Below, in pieces: positions 38,230 through 46,708 of a DNA stretch of 64,000 nucleotides. How positions within the stretch are numbered: the stretch's first letter is position 1; each line of letters starts with the position of its first letter. The notes under the pieces are model-generated. The model was not told the DNA's origin. It made no database searches and saw only the letters and a program-made list of their open reading frames with translations. The stretch lies in assembly GCA_964516325.1 (NCBI GenBank), contig CAZFAP010000001.1:2221-66220 (forward strand), given 5' to 3'. This DNA is from an uncultured Verrucomicrobiota bacterium (lineage in GTDB: Bacteria; Auribacterota; JABMQX01). The position numbers were made by a program, and so were the translations under genes.

Positions 38230-39438
38230 ATGAGCGGACCATTTAAAGCAACCCAGGTGACAGAGAACATTTTTTGGGTGGGCGCCATTGACTGGGCCCT
38301 GCGAAATTTCCACGGCTACGCCACCAGCCGCGGCACGACCTACAACGCCTACCTCATCCTCGCCGACAAAATCACCTTGGTTGATACGGTCAAGGCGCCC
38401 TTCAAGGATGAAATGCTTTCCCGAATCGCCTCGGTCATTGATCCTGCGAAGGTTGACTACATCATCTCGAATCACTCGGAGATGGACCATTCGGGATGCC
38501 TCCCAGAGGTCATCGAGCGAATTAAGCCTCAAAAAGTCCTCGCTTCCGAGAACGGCGTCAAGGCTCTTCGAGAGCATTTCCACACTTCCCATGACATCGT
38601 CGCGGTCAGGGACGGCGAGAGCCTCAGCCTCGGGAACATGACCCTCTCCTTCATGGAGACCCGGATGCTCCACTGGCCCGATAGCATGTTCACCTATGTT
38701 GCGGAGCAGCAGTTCCTCTTCTCGCAGGATGCCTTTGGCATGCACCTCGCCAGCACCGAAAGATTTGACGATGAGCTTGACAGCCAGGCCCTCGAATACG
38801 AAGCCGCCAAATACTACGCCAACATCCTCCTGCCGTTTTCCTCCTTCGTCACGAGGCTTTTGGAGAAGCTTGGGAAGCTCGGTATCCCAATCAGGACGAT
38901 GGCGCCGGACCATGGCCCCATCTGGCGCAAAGACGTTAACAAAATAGTCGAGCTTTATTCCCGCTGGGCTGCTCAGAAGCCCACCATGAAGGCCGTCATC
39001 ACCTACGACACCATGTGGCAGAGCACCGCCCTCATGGCGCGGGCGATATGCGACGGACTGGTATCCGGCGGGGTCAGCGTCAAAGTCATGCCCCTCGATG
39101 CCTGCCACCGCAGCGATGTCGCCACGGAAGTCTTCGACGCCGGCGCTCTCCTGGTCGGCTCACCCACCATGAACAACACGATCTTCCCGACGGTCGCGGA
39201 CGTTATGACGTATCTCAGGGGTCTGAAGCCCCGGAACAAAATCGGTGCGGTCTTCGGCTCCTACGGCTGGAGCGGCGAAGCGGTGAAGCAACTGGGAAAT
39301 ATGCTCGCCGAGATGAAGATCGAGCTGGTCGGCGAACCGATCAACGCGAAATACGTGCCCGATGGCGAAACCCTCGCCAGGTGCTTTGCTCTCGGCGCCC
39401 TCGTCGCCGAAAAGCTCAGGGGGAAATGCGGCCCCTGA
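38230..39438 (+). CDS. Flavodiiron protein (FprA / rubredoxin:oxygen oxidoreductase type O2/NO reductase)
   Basis: Metallo-beta-lactamase-like diiron domain (HSEMDHSG) followed by a flavodoxin domain (VFGSYGWSGEA). Confidence 0.9.
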   Translation: MSGPFKATQVTENIFWVGAIDWALRNFHGYATSRGTTYNAYLILADKITLVDTVKAPFKDEMLSRIASVIDPAKVDYIISNHSEMDHSGCLPEVIERIKPQKVLASENGVKALREHFHTSHDIVAVRDGESLSLGNMTLSFMETRMLHWPDSMFTYVAEQQFLFSQDAFGMHLASTERFDDELDSQALEYEAAKYYANILLPFSSFVTRLLEKLGKLGIPIRTMAPDHGPIWRKDVNKIVELYSRWAAQKPTMKAVITYDTMWQSTALMARAICDGLVSGGVSVKVMPLDACHRSDVATEVFDAGALLVGSPTMNNTIFPTVADVMTYLRGLKPRNKIGAVFGSYGWSGEAVKQLGNMLAEMKIELVGEPINAKYVPDGETLARCFALGALVAEKLRGKCGP

Positions 39439-39439
39439 C

Positions 39440-40319
39440 GGGCGGCTTGCAGACATAGGCGACCATAAGGACTCCGCCTTGGCTTCGCCCCATTCCTGGG
39501 CTTGCGTCTGAAGTAACCGGTCACCTCTCAATGTAGCCCCTTAGTGATAGGTGGAGGTCATCGGGAATGACGGGGTCCCCCCCAAGGGGATGGAAGCGCA
39601 GTCGCCCATGAACTTCGTTCAGCCCGAGACCATGAAAATGGTGGCGGCATCGTTATGCTTCAGTTGCGCATGAGCGAGCCATCGCCTGGTGCAAGATCGG
39701 CATGATGGGGCTGCGACACCAGGCCCCCAGGCGATGGTTGCCGGCTTCAGTGGCGCCGTCGGCGCCACTTGTAGCCGGGCTTCCCGGACCCATGGGGTTC
39801 ACCCCGTTCCCACCTCTCAGCGGTAGCCACAGCCCCCGGCCCCACGGCGCCGACTTTCAGGGCGGAGAACGCCGAGATCGCAGAGAGAGCACCGCCCGTC
39901 GGAGAAACGTGGCATGGGCATCTTGCCCATAGCTGGCGGAGCACCCACGGTCCCGCCAAAGGCGGGATGCCGCGGACGTCCGTCCTCTGCGCTCTCTGCG
40001 GGGAGTCCCCTCCTGAGACTGAGGCGTTACGTTTCACTTCACCTTTTTATTGACACACCGCAGAGCTTTTCCTTATAAGCGTGCCGCAATTGCGCCCGAC
40101 TTTTCCGGGCGGTTGCATTGCTTCCGTCGTGGGAGGAGCTGCTTCGCTTGTGAAGCAGGAGGGCGTTTGCAGCCCTCGACTTTGCTGGTCGCGTTGCGTC
40201 CTGTGCGACGCAGGCCCTGCGACCCTGCGGGCGCCCTTGAGTCACTTGATGCGGATGAGACCCTACTGCGCCTTTGAGCGCAAGGCATCCACCCGTGCAA
40301 ATGACCCTATGACCAGAAC
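39440..40319. other. About 880 bp of non-coding, hairpin-rich sequence; candidate structured RNA or regulatory region of unknown identity
   Basis: No convincing ORF. It contains the perfect palindrome AGTGGCGCC-GTC-GGCGCCACT (39749-39769), an 11-nt inverted repeat CCATCGCCTGG...CCAGGCGATGG (39679/39727), and short hairpins ATGGGCA-TCTT-TGCCCAT and CCCGCC-AAA-GGCGGG. Confidence 0.3.
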
Positions 40320-40346
40320 TTGTGCTTACGGAGGTTGATCTATCTG

Positions 40347-40511
40347 ATGTGCTGCGACCTATGTCCCGAATTTGAGGAGTGTGAACATCCTCTCGACGAA
40401 TCGGAGTACGGTTGCCTCAAATGTCCAGAGTACCATGATTGCGATGTCCGCTCGGACACGGAATACGTAGGCTTCGACGAGGAAGAAGGGACGGAGAACC
40501 TTGAGTTTTGA
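40347..40511 (+). CDS. Small (54 aa) highly acidic cysteine-rich protein, a possible metal-binding / zinc-ribbon peptide
   Basis: MCCDLCPEFEECEHPLDESEYGCLKCPEYHDCDV... has 7 Cys in C-C-x2-C / C-x2-C spacing; GGAGG RBS 10-12 nt upstream. Confidence 0.35.
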   Translation: MCCDLCPEFEECEHPLDESEYGCLKCPEYHDCDVRSDTEYVGFDEEEGTENLEF

Positions 40512-40705
40512 GTCGCCGCTGCGTCTCGGTTTCTCTTGCTTTGTCCCCGCTTGGCTTAGAAATCGCGCCGCAGGTCGGTTGTGCCTGCACGCAGTTCGCT
40601 TGAAGGTGAATCGTGTTGTGGCGGCGCCTGAGCACAAGGGACTTTGAAAAGCCCTTTTCCTCCACCTCTTCACGCGACCCTCGCATATTGATAGGGAGTC
40701 CAGAA

Positions 40706-41809
40706 ATGAGGCCATTTTTTCGAAGGTTCTTGATTCTCCTTGCGGGACCTCTCGGTTTGGATTGTGTCTCCTCGCTCGCCATCGCAACTTCGCTTTCCCC
40801 GGAACCGCCGCTTCCTGTCTGGGCTCCTCGCCAGTCCAGCGCCCGCAGCCGGGCCGTCTATCGGATGGAAGACACCGTCATGGGTCCCATCACCGCCCGG
40901 ATTACCGCTGTCTCGACTCGCATGTCCGAGAAGGAGATGGAGTCCATCGTCAAGGCTGCCTTCGCCGAAGTCCACAAGATAGACGCCTTGATGAGCCACT
41001 ACAAAAAGGATAGCGACGTCTCTCGTCTGAACGAAAGTCCCGCGGGCGTTTGGACCCGAGTTGACCCGCTGACCTTCGCTGTGCTTGAGGAATCGCAGAG
41101 AGTCGCCGAGTTGAGCGGAGGAGCCTTCGATGTGACCGTTCAACCCCTATGCACCCTGTGGGGTTTCTGGCCCGTCAGAGACCCGAAGGTGCCATCCAGC
41201 GAAGAGATTCGTGCGGCCCTGTCGCATGTCGGCTATATGAAGCTCTCTCTCGACCAGAAGAACTCCACTGTTATGAAAAGCGACACCGAGGTGAAGCTTG
41301 ACCTCAGCGCCGTTGCGAAGGGCTACGCTGTTGACAAAGCGATAGAGCTTCTGAAGGAAAAGGGGCTGCGCGACGCGCTTGTCGAAATCGGCGGCGAGAT
41401 CCGCACCATCGGAAAAAACAAAGAGGGCAAACCCTGGCGAATCGGCGTTCTCCACCCGATAAAACCCGGCTACCTGACCGTGCTCAACATATCTGACAAG
41501 GCTGTCGCCACCTCCGGCGATTACATGAACTTCTTCGTCCTTGACGGCAAGCGATATTGCCACCTGATGGACCCGCGCACGGGACAACCCATTTCGAACG
41601 ACCTCTGCAGCGTCACTGTGATCGCCGAGAATTGCGCGCGGGCCGACGCGTTAGCCACCGCCGTCTCCGTCATGGGGCTCGAACAAGGCATGAAGCTGAT
41701 CGAGTCCTTGCCCGGAACCGAAGCCATCATCGTCCGACGCAAGAATGGCGGAAACGAACTGGAAGTTACCGTCTCGAAGGGCCTAAAAGGCCTCGACTTC
41801 TCGCGGTAG
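40706..41809 (+). CDS. apbE: ApbE-family FAD:protein FMN transferase (probable lipoprotein)
   Basis: Signal/lipobox-like N-terminus (MRPFFRRFLILLAGPLGLDC); core ApbE motifs (VDLSAVAKGYAVD, GGEIRTIG, ATSGDY). Confidence 0.85.
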   Translation: MRPFFRRFLILLAGPLGLDCVSSLAIATSLSPEPPLPVWAPRQSSARSRAVYRMEDTVMGPITARITAVSTRMSEKEMESIVKAAFAEVHKIDALMSHYKKDSDVSRLNESPAGVWTRVDPLTFAVLEESQRVAELSGGAFDVTVQPLCTLWGFWPVRDPKVPSSEEIRAALSHVGYMKLSLDQKNSTVMKSDTEVKLDLSAVAKGYAVDKAIELLKEKGLRDALVEIGGEIRTIGKNKEGKPWRIGVLHPIKPGYLTVLNISDKAVATSGDYMNFFVLDGKRYCHLMDPRTGQPISNDLCSVTVIAENCARADALATAVSVMGLEQGMKLIESLPGTEAIIVRRKNGGNELEVTVSKGLKGLDFSR

Positions 41810-42309
41810 TGCGGAGCTTCGCCGCCGCCCTCACCGATTCACCGATTTCACCATTGACTCCGCCCCCCTTAACCGACCCCATTGGGGAGGCGTCCTTTCC
41901 CGAATCGTACGCGATCCTTCTCCGACGGGAACATCTGCGACAGGGCGCTCCCGAAGCCCAATCCGTTGTATGCCGTGAATACCCCAACGAGCGTCACCAG
42001 GGAGTTCGCCCCTGAACCCCGCTGACCCCGATGTGCTCGGGTGTGGCTGTATTTCGGTTGTTCGGCACGTCGGCTCGTCCCAAGAGTCGTAGGTTTGCGC
42101 CGTTGACGGAGGATCGTCGTGGCCGGTGGGGCCGGAGGAAGGGGCCTCGCCGGCTTCCAGCCGGCATCCCCCGTTAGCTACCTGCTTCAGCTGGTGGTCA
42201 ACCAAAGGGCGTCCCCTCCCCCAGCCGCCTTTCAGGCGGGCTTCTCGACCAATGGATTCATCCATCCGCTCCACCAAGACACAGCCACCCCCGCTGTGCT
42301 CCTCGGCAT

Positions 42310-42338
42310 TGACCCTCCGGCGCCAACCTGATAACATT
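42310..42338 (+). promoter_or_regulatory. Putative sigma70 promoter for tRNA-Leu
   Basis: TTGACC, a 17-nt spacer, then TAACAT, ending 17 nt before the tRNA 5' end. Confidence 0.4.
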
Positions 42339-42355
42339 TCAGTTAGGAGCCCGCA

Positions 42356-42441
42356 GCCGGGGTGGCGAAACTGGCAGACGCAAGGGACTTAAAATCCCTT
42401 GGGGCGCAAGCCCCGTATGGGTTCAAATCCCATCCCCGGCA
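42356..42441 (+). tRNA. tRNA-Leu (anticodon UAA), class II tRNA with a long variable arm; CCA not encoded
   Basis: Acceptor stem GCCGGGG/CCCCGGC; anticodon stem-loop AAGGGA-CUUAAAA-UCCCUU; variable arm GGGCGCAAGCCCCG; T-arm ATGGG-TTCAAAT-CCCAT; discriminator A. Confidence 0.9.
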
Positions 42442-42715
42442 CGTACCTTAGGACTTTTCCGCGACCTCTCCTGTGTGCCGCACTGGCCTCGAAAAGTGTA
42501 CGTGTTTTCGGAAAAAGCCTCGCGCACGGGCGAGGCGTTGTCTGTGATGAACCGCTCAAGGTCCGGCTCCGCGATAAGCACCCTGCAAGCTCTTTCCCCC
42601 AGCCCCGGAAGCCGCACGAGGCGAGCCGCCCGCAGGCGATAAGGCGCTTCAGGGTGTTCTTGCTTATCCTCAACACCCCCGCCGCTTCATCGGTTGTCAG
42701 CAATCGGGGCAGCAT
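42423..42715 (-). pseudogene. Frameshifted excisionase/AlpA-like HTH DNA-binding gene; its 3' end runs antisense through tRNA-Leu
   Basis: Frame A reads MLPRLLTTDEAAGVLRISKNTLKRLIACGRL, a classic Xis HTH. The expected continuation RVLIAEPDLERFI lies in a second frame (ORF 42423..42617), which implies a -1/+1 frameshift. Confidence 0.4.
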
Positions 42716-44100
42716 GCTTTCCCTGTAGAAACTGACGTTTTGCCGTAAGGGGAGATGGGGGAGAGTCCGAGGGAAAGGGAGCGTTTTTGAGCCGTTGGGG
42801 GGAAGAACTGGGGAAAAAGTTGATTTTTCCTCTTCTTTTCTCTTGGCTCTTATATGCATTATGATATCATAACACATAAGAACAATGAGCCCTTTATCCC
42901 AGATCAGTCGGGCGCGGCAGCGCATTGCGCAACTGGCTCGGCAACGGCAGGCGGTGGAACGGGTGCTCTTGGAGCGGTCGGCTCTGCTGAAAGGCACGCT
43001 GATCGAACTGCAACGCACCTGCGGGAAGCGGGGGTGCAAGTGCGCCCGGGGTCAGAAGCATACCTGCTGGCAGCTTTCGGCCAGCGTGGAAGGGAAGACC
43101 CGCGCCTGGAACGTGCCGCGTCGGTATCTTGCCGAGGTGAAACGGCTGACGGAGAACTACGGTCGTTTCCGCCGGGCCCGGGCGGCGTGGGTTTGGCTCA
43201 ATGCCGAGATGCGGGAGCGTATCCATGAGGTGGAAGCGGCTCGCACCGTGGGGGATTTTCGAGATGAATACAGGCGTCAAAAAGGTTAAGAAAAGGGCAG
43301 CGGCGTTGCGGCGTGCCGCCAATCAGGGCAATCGCAAGCGGCTGGGGGGCAGGGTCGGTACATGTCTTGGAAGCATCTGACGTGCAACCAGAAAGAAGTG
43401 GCCCGGCGTCTGGCTCACGGAGAGGAGAAGGTGTTCCTGACGTCACTCGGTGTTCATACCCCCCGGGACGTCGTGGACCGCTACGACCTGCGCAGTCTGA
43501 TTGAGAGCTGCAGCAACCGCGATCTGAAGTCCCGCCAAAGGCGGGATTCAACATGACGCTGGCCTACCACAGTGAAGAGGGCGAGGAGATTGCCCAGGAA
43601 TGCATCCGCCGGTACCGCCTCAAGACCATGGCGCAGACCCGACACAAATGCATGATCGTCTCCGGCGACCACTACGGGATCTTTGATCTCGAAGAGCTGA
43701 TGATGCTCGTCGGTCAGCGGGTGCGCTGCCCCATGCGCACCGATGAAGAACAGTTCCGGAAGCTTCACGCGCTGCAGCCGCCCGGGCGCCACGCCCGTAC
43801 TGTCCCCACAGCTCACCCCCTGGAGCCCCTTCCCCTGCAGCAGACCGGTCCGCCTTGTCGCCGAATGCCCAACTCAATCCACCCGTACTCTTGCTCGCAC
43901 ACAACCGTCAACCCCTGGTAGCCCAGGCAGGCTGCCCCGCTTCGGGATCAGCCGAAAAATCACCCTTTTCTCCTCCCGCCACGCCCGATTTCGCAACGAA
44001 CCAGCGCCCTTATGGCACAATCTCAATTTGTCGGAGTCGGAGGTTGCCTGCGGGGCGTGCGCGCGTTATGGTCTTTCCTATCAGTGATCCCGTTTTTGCC
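42442..44100. mobile_element. Degraded integrative-element remnant 3' of tRNA-Leu: a frameshifted Xis-like HTH gene, a DUF6788-like Cys-rich protein and short gene fragments; no intact integrase
   Basis: tRNA-adjacent position; an AT-rich palindromic patch (ATGATATCAT, ~42860) that is unusual in this GC-rich DNA; only fragmentary ORFs over 1.6 kb. Confidence 0.35.
42885..43289 (+). CDS. DUF6788-like protein with a CGKxxCxCARGxxH zinc-binding motif, associated with mobile elements
   Basis: LLKGTLIELQRTCGKRGCKCARGQKH...GKTRAWNVPRRYLAEVKRLTENYGRFR matches the DUF6788 pattern recalled from memory. Confidence 0.45.
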   Translation: MSPLSQISRARQRIAQLARQRQAVERVLLERSALLKGTLIELQRTCGKRGCKCARGQKHTCWQLSASVEGKTRAWNVPRRYLAEVKRLTENYGRFRRARAAWVWLNAEMRERIHEVEAARTVGDFRDEYRRQKG

Positions 44101-44178
44101 TGTCCCTCGGTTCGTGACACTGGACTCCCAAAGGACAACGCAAACGATGAAGTAGAAATTCAGCAGAGGAGCGTGACT

Positions 44179-45495
44179 ATGAGAAGTCGGTTGACTCTAT
44201 GGGTCGCAGTGTTGGTGGTGGCTGCCATCAGATTGCACGCGGCCGAGCCAATTTTCGTCCCGGTCCAGATTGACGGGCCGGTTCACGATCCGGCAAATCA
44301 CAGCTACTGGTTTGGCCCGTTCAGCGAATGTTGCAGCGTGTTGGATGCGGATGGCGACGGCGACCTCGACATCGCGGCGGGTCGCAACTGGTACGAAGCC
44401 CCCGATTGGGCCAAACACGAGAGCTTCCGCGACGGCGCCGAGGTCAACGGTCCCGAGACCGACAACAACAGCGAGTTTGCTATGGATGTCAATCGCGACG
44501 GGCGGACCGACATCGTCAGCTCGGGTTGGATGCGGATGAAGGGCGCCTTCTGGTACGAAAATCCGGGCAAGAAAGATGGGAAATGGAAGGCCACGAGGAT
44601 TCATTCTGCAAGGAGCATGGAGGGAGTCATTCACGGAGATATGGATGGAGACGGTGACGACGACATCCTCTGTAACCATTGGGGTCTGGTGCCCGGGCAG
44701 GGGATGACATGGCTGGAAGCGATTGGCCGAGAGCCGTGGTTTATCGAGCACGTCATCGGCGCCGAAGGAGAGACTCACGGGAACGGCCTCGGGGATATTA
44801 ACGGCGACGGTCGGACAGACATTGTGACGCCGGTTGGCTGGTACGAGGCGCCTGCGAAACCGGCGGAGCAGAAGTGGACCTTCCACGCGGATTACAGGTT
44901 CACGGTGGCGGTTGGTGGGGCGGCGGCTTCTCACCCGATCCTGATCCACGATGTCAACGAGGACGGCCTCAACGACATCATCATCGGCGCCGCGCACACG
45001 TACGGTCTGGCGTGGTTGGAGCAGTCGGTTGATGCCAAAGGAAAGCGGAGCTTCACGCAGCACTGGATCGAGACCGATTTCGGTCAGTTCCACACCATGG
45101 CGCTGGGCGATTTGAATGGCGATGGGAGGCCGGACCTGGTGAGTGGGAAGCGGCTGTTTGCCCACCATGGGCGGGACGTGAGTTGGCAGGAGCCGATTTT
45201 CGCGTTCTGGTACGACATTCGGGGTGGGAAGTTCGAGCGGCATCTTCTGGCCTTCAACCATCTTCCGTATTACCCCAGCGAGAAGAATATCAACCCGCCG
45301 CCGAACTTTGTCCCCGCGGTGGGGATGAAGCTGAATATCGCCGACATGGATAAGAATGGCAGAAACGATGTCGTTTTTTCCGGAAAGGGTGGTCTGTACG
45401 TCTTCTACAACACAGGAGCGACGCCGTCTCCCGTAGGAAAACACAGGCTGCCGCCGGAGGAAACTTATCCCTCGTGGCGAGCATGGTACGACTGA
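44179..45495 (+). CDS. Secreted FG-GAP / VCBS-type beta-propeller repeat protein
   Basis: Signal peptide MRSRLTLWVAVLVVAAIRLHA; repeated DxDGDGxxDI(V/I) Ca-binding FG-GAP motifs (DADGDGDLDIAAG, DVNRDGRTDIVSS, DMDGDGDDDILC, DINGDGRTDIVT, DVNEDGLNDIII, DLNGDGRPDLVSG, DMDKNGRNDVVFS). Confidence 0.8.
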   Translation: MRSRLTLWVAVLVVAAIRLHAAEPIFVPVQIDGPVHDPANHSYWFGPFSECCSVLDADGDGDLDIAAGRNWYEAPDWAKHESFRDGAEVNGPETDNNSEFAMDVNRDGRTDIVSSGWMRMKGAFWYENPGKKDGKWKATRIHSARSMEGVIHGDMDGDGDDDILCNHWGLVPGQGMTWLEAIGREPWFIEHVIGAEGETHGNGLGDINGDGRTDIVTPVGWYEAPAKPAEQKWTFHADYRFTVAVGGAAASHPILIHDVNEDGLNDIIIGAAHTYGLAWLEQSVDAKGKRSFTQHWIETDFGQFHTMALGDLNGDGRPDLVSGKRLFAHHGRDVSWQEPIFAFWYDIRGGKFERHLLAFNHLPYYPSEKNINPPPNFVPAVGMKLNIADMDKNGRNDVVFSGKGGLYVFYNTGATPSPVGKHRLPPEETYPSWRAWYD

Positions 45496-45546
45496 TGACG
45501 AGTTGGGAACTAAAGACAAGAGTCCGGTGCGGAAGGATGGTGCGCG

Positions 45547-46521
45547 ATGAAGATAGCAAGAGTCAGGAGCGCGGTTGCACTCGCGCTGTTTCTGTTCGTC
45601 GGTTTCGGATGGCACGGGGATGCCGCTGCAGGAGAGGAAGCAGGGAAAACCTTTACTCTCAGTCCCGATGAATACGGAATGGTGTTGAAGATGCCGGACG
45701 GGCGAACTGTCTTCCGGTACATGACCAAAAAGCCCGCCGACAGTGAGTTGACAGCGAACAGCGTCTGGTGCTTTTATCCGGTGAACACACCGTCCGGAGA
45801 ACGGGTGGTGGACTTCGCTCCAAGCGACCATCGTCATCACCGGGGAGTCTTTCTTGCCTGGCATTCGATCACAGGCAAGAAGAAGGCGGACTTCTGGGGG
45901 TGGGGCGAGTGGGCGCCGACAAAGGACCGCGCCATTCAGAACCGGAGCGTCAAGCTTGTCAAGGCCGACGCAGGCCACGCTATGCTCGAAATTCGCAACG
46001 ACTGGCTCGTCGAGGACGAGCCGATGATTCATGAGCTGCTCAAGGTGGATGCCTGCGAAAGAGAGAAATGCTACGTGATTGACCTCGATTATCAGTTGAC
46101 GCCCACTCAGGACGTCACCCTCGATCAGACTGCCTTTGGCGGCTTCTGTGTAAAAGCACGAAAGGAGGGGAAAGGCGCGTACACCAGTCCCGACGGAAAG
46201 GTGAGACTACCAGACCCTCACTACCTCAAACCCGAAACCGACTGGCCGGCAGCCGACTGGTACGATTACACCATGGAGCTGACCAACGGCAAGACCATCG
46301 GGATCGCCGTCCTCGACCACCCGGACAATCCGCCGACAACCTGGCACAACCTCGCTCCTATCGCCATGCTCAACCCCTGCATCGTGGCCCCGAGACGGGT
46401 CAATCTGAAGGAGGGGAAGCCCCTGCATCTTCGGTATCGCGTTGTCCTCCACGACGGCCTACCGCCTGTGGAATTGCTCAGGAGCCTCACCAGCGAGTGG
46501 CGGCAGAAGCGTTCTCAGTAG
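45547..46521 (+). CDS. Secreted hypothetical protein (possibly PmoA-like / DUF6807 family)
   Basis: Signal peptide; 324 aa; family assignment tentative. Confidence 0.55.
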   Translation: MKIARVRSAVALALFLFVGFGWHGDAAAGEEAGKTFTLSPDEYGMVLKMPDGRTVFRYMTKKPADSELTANSVWCFYPVNTPSGERVVDFAPSDHRHHRGVFLAWHSITGKKKADFWGWGEWAPTKDRAIQNRSVKLVKADAGHAMLEIRNDWLVEDEPMIHELLKVDACEREKCYVIDLDYQLTPTQDVTLDQTAFGGFCVKARKEGKGAYTSPDGKVRLPDPHYLKPETDWPAADWYDYTMELTNGKTIGIAVLDHPDNPPTTWHNLAPIAMLNPCIVAPRRVNLKEGKPLHLRYRVVLHDGLPPVELLRSLTSEWRQKRSQ

Positions 46522-46708
46522 TAGCTCCCTGAGCGAAAGCGGCGTCTTTTACCATCTCAGGGGATGGTTGTCGGCGCGGGTGAGAGGATCGAGTCGAATG
46601 GGGTGAGCCTTCAGTCAAGCGAAGACGGGGCACGCGGCGCCCGGGACGTGCGGGGATGAGGATCTGCGACAGGAACTGGATGCGCCCAATCCACGCGGGA
46701 CCGACCCA

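Noticed and set aside
39440-40050. Tested the hairpin-rich intergenic region for RNase P RNA, tmRNA and SRP RNA signatures on both strands (GGAAAGUCCGGGCUCC / GGGUGAAA...GGUAAGAGCGCACC / ACAGAACCCGGCUUA; tRNA-like T-loop plus a tag ORF ending ALAA).
   Set aside because: Only loose fragments were found (for example GGGUGAACCCC on one strand and GCAGAGAGAGCACC on the other). These lie on opposite strands at the wrong spacing, with no coherent match to any of the three families.
41980-42200. SRP (4.5S) RNA-like motif CCGGAGGAAGGGGCC in the spacer upstream of tRNA-Leu
   Set aside because: It differs from the conserved CCGGAAGGAAGCAGCC helix-8 motif by an indel, and no flanking SRP elements are recognisable. 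Probably a chance GC-rich hairpin.
42389-43039. 216-aa minus-strand ORF spanning the tRNA-Leu complement
   Set aside because: Its N-terminal two thirds are low-complexity, and the part covering the tRNA is just the tRNA antisense. Only the internal HTH segment looks genuine, and it is treated as a frameshifted xis-like pseudogene.
42442-44100. Possibility of an intact prophage or genomic island at tRNA-Leu
   Set aside because: No integrase, recombinase, transposase or structural phage genes are recognisable. The region is too short and fragmentary, so it is called a remnant only.
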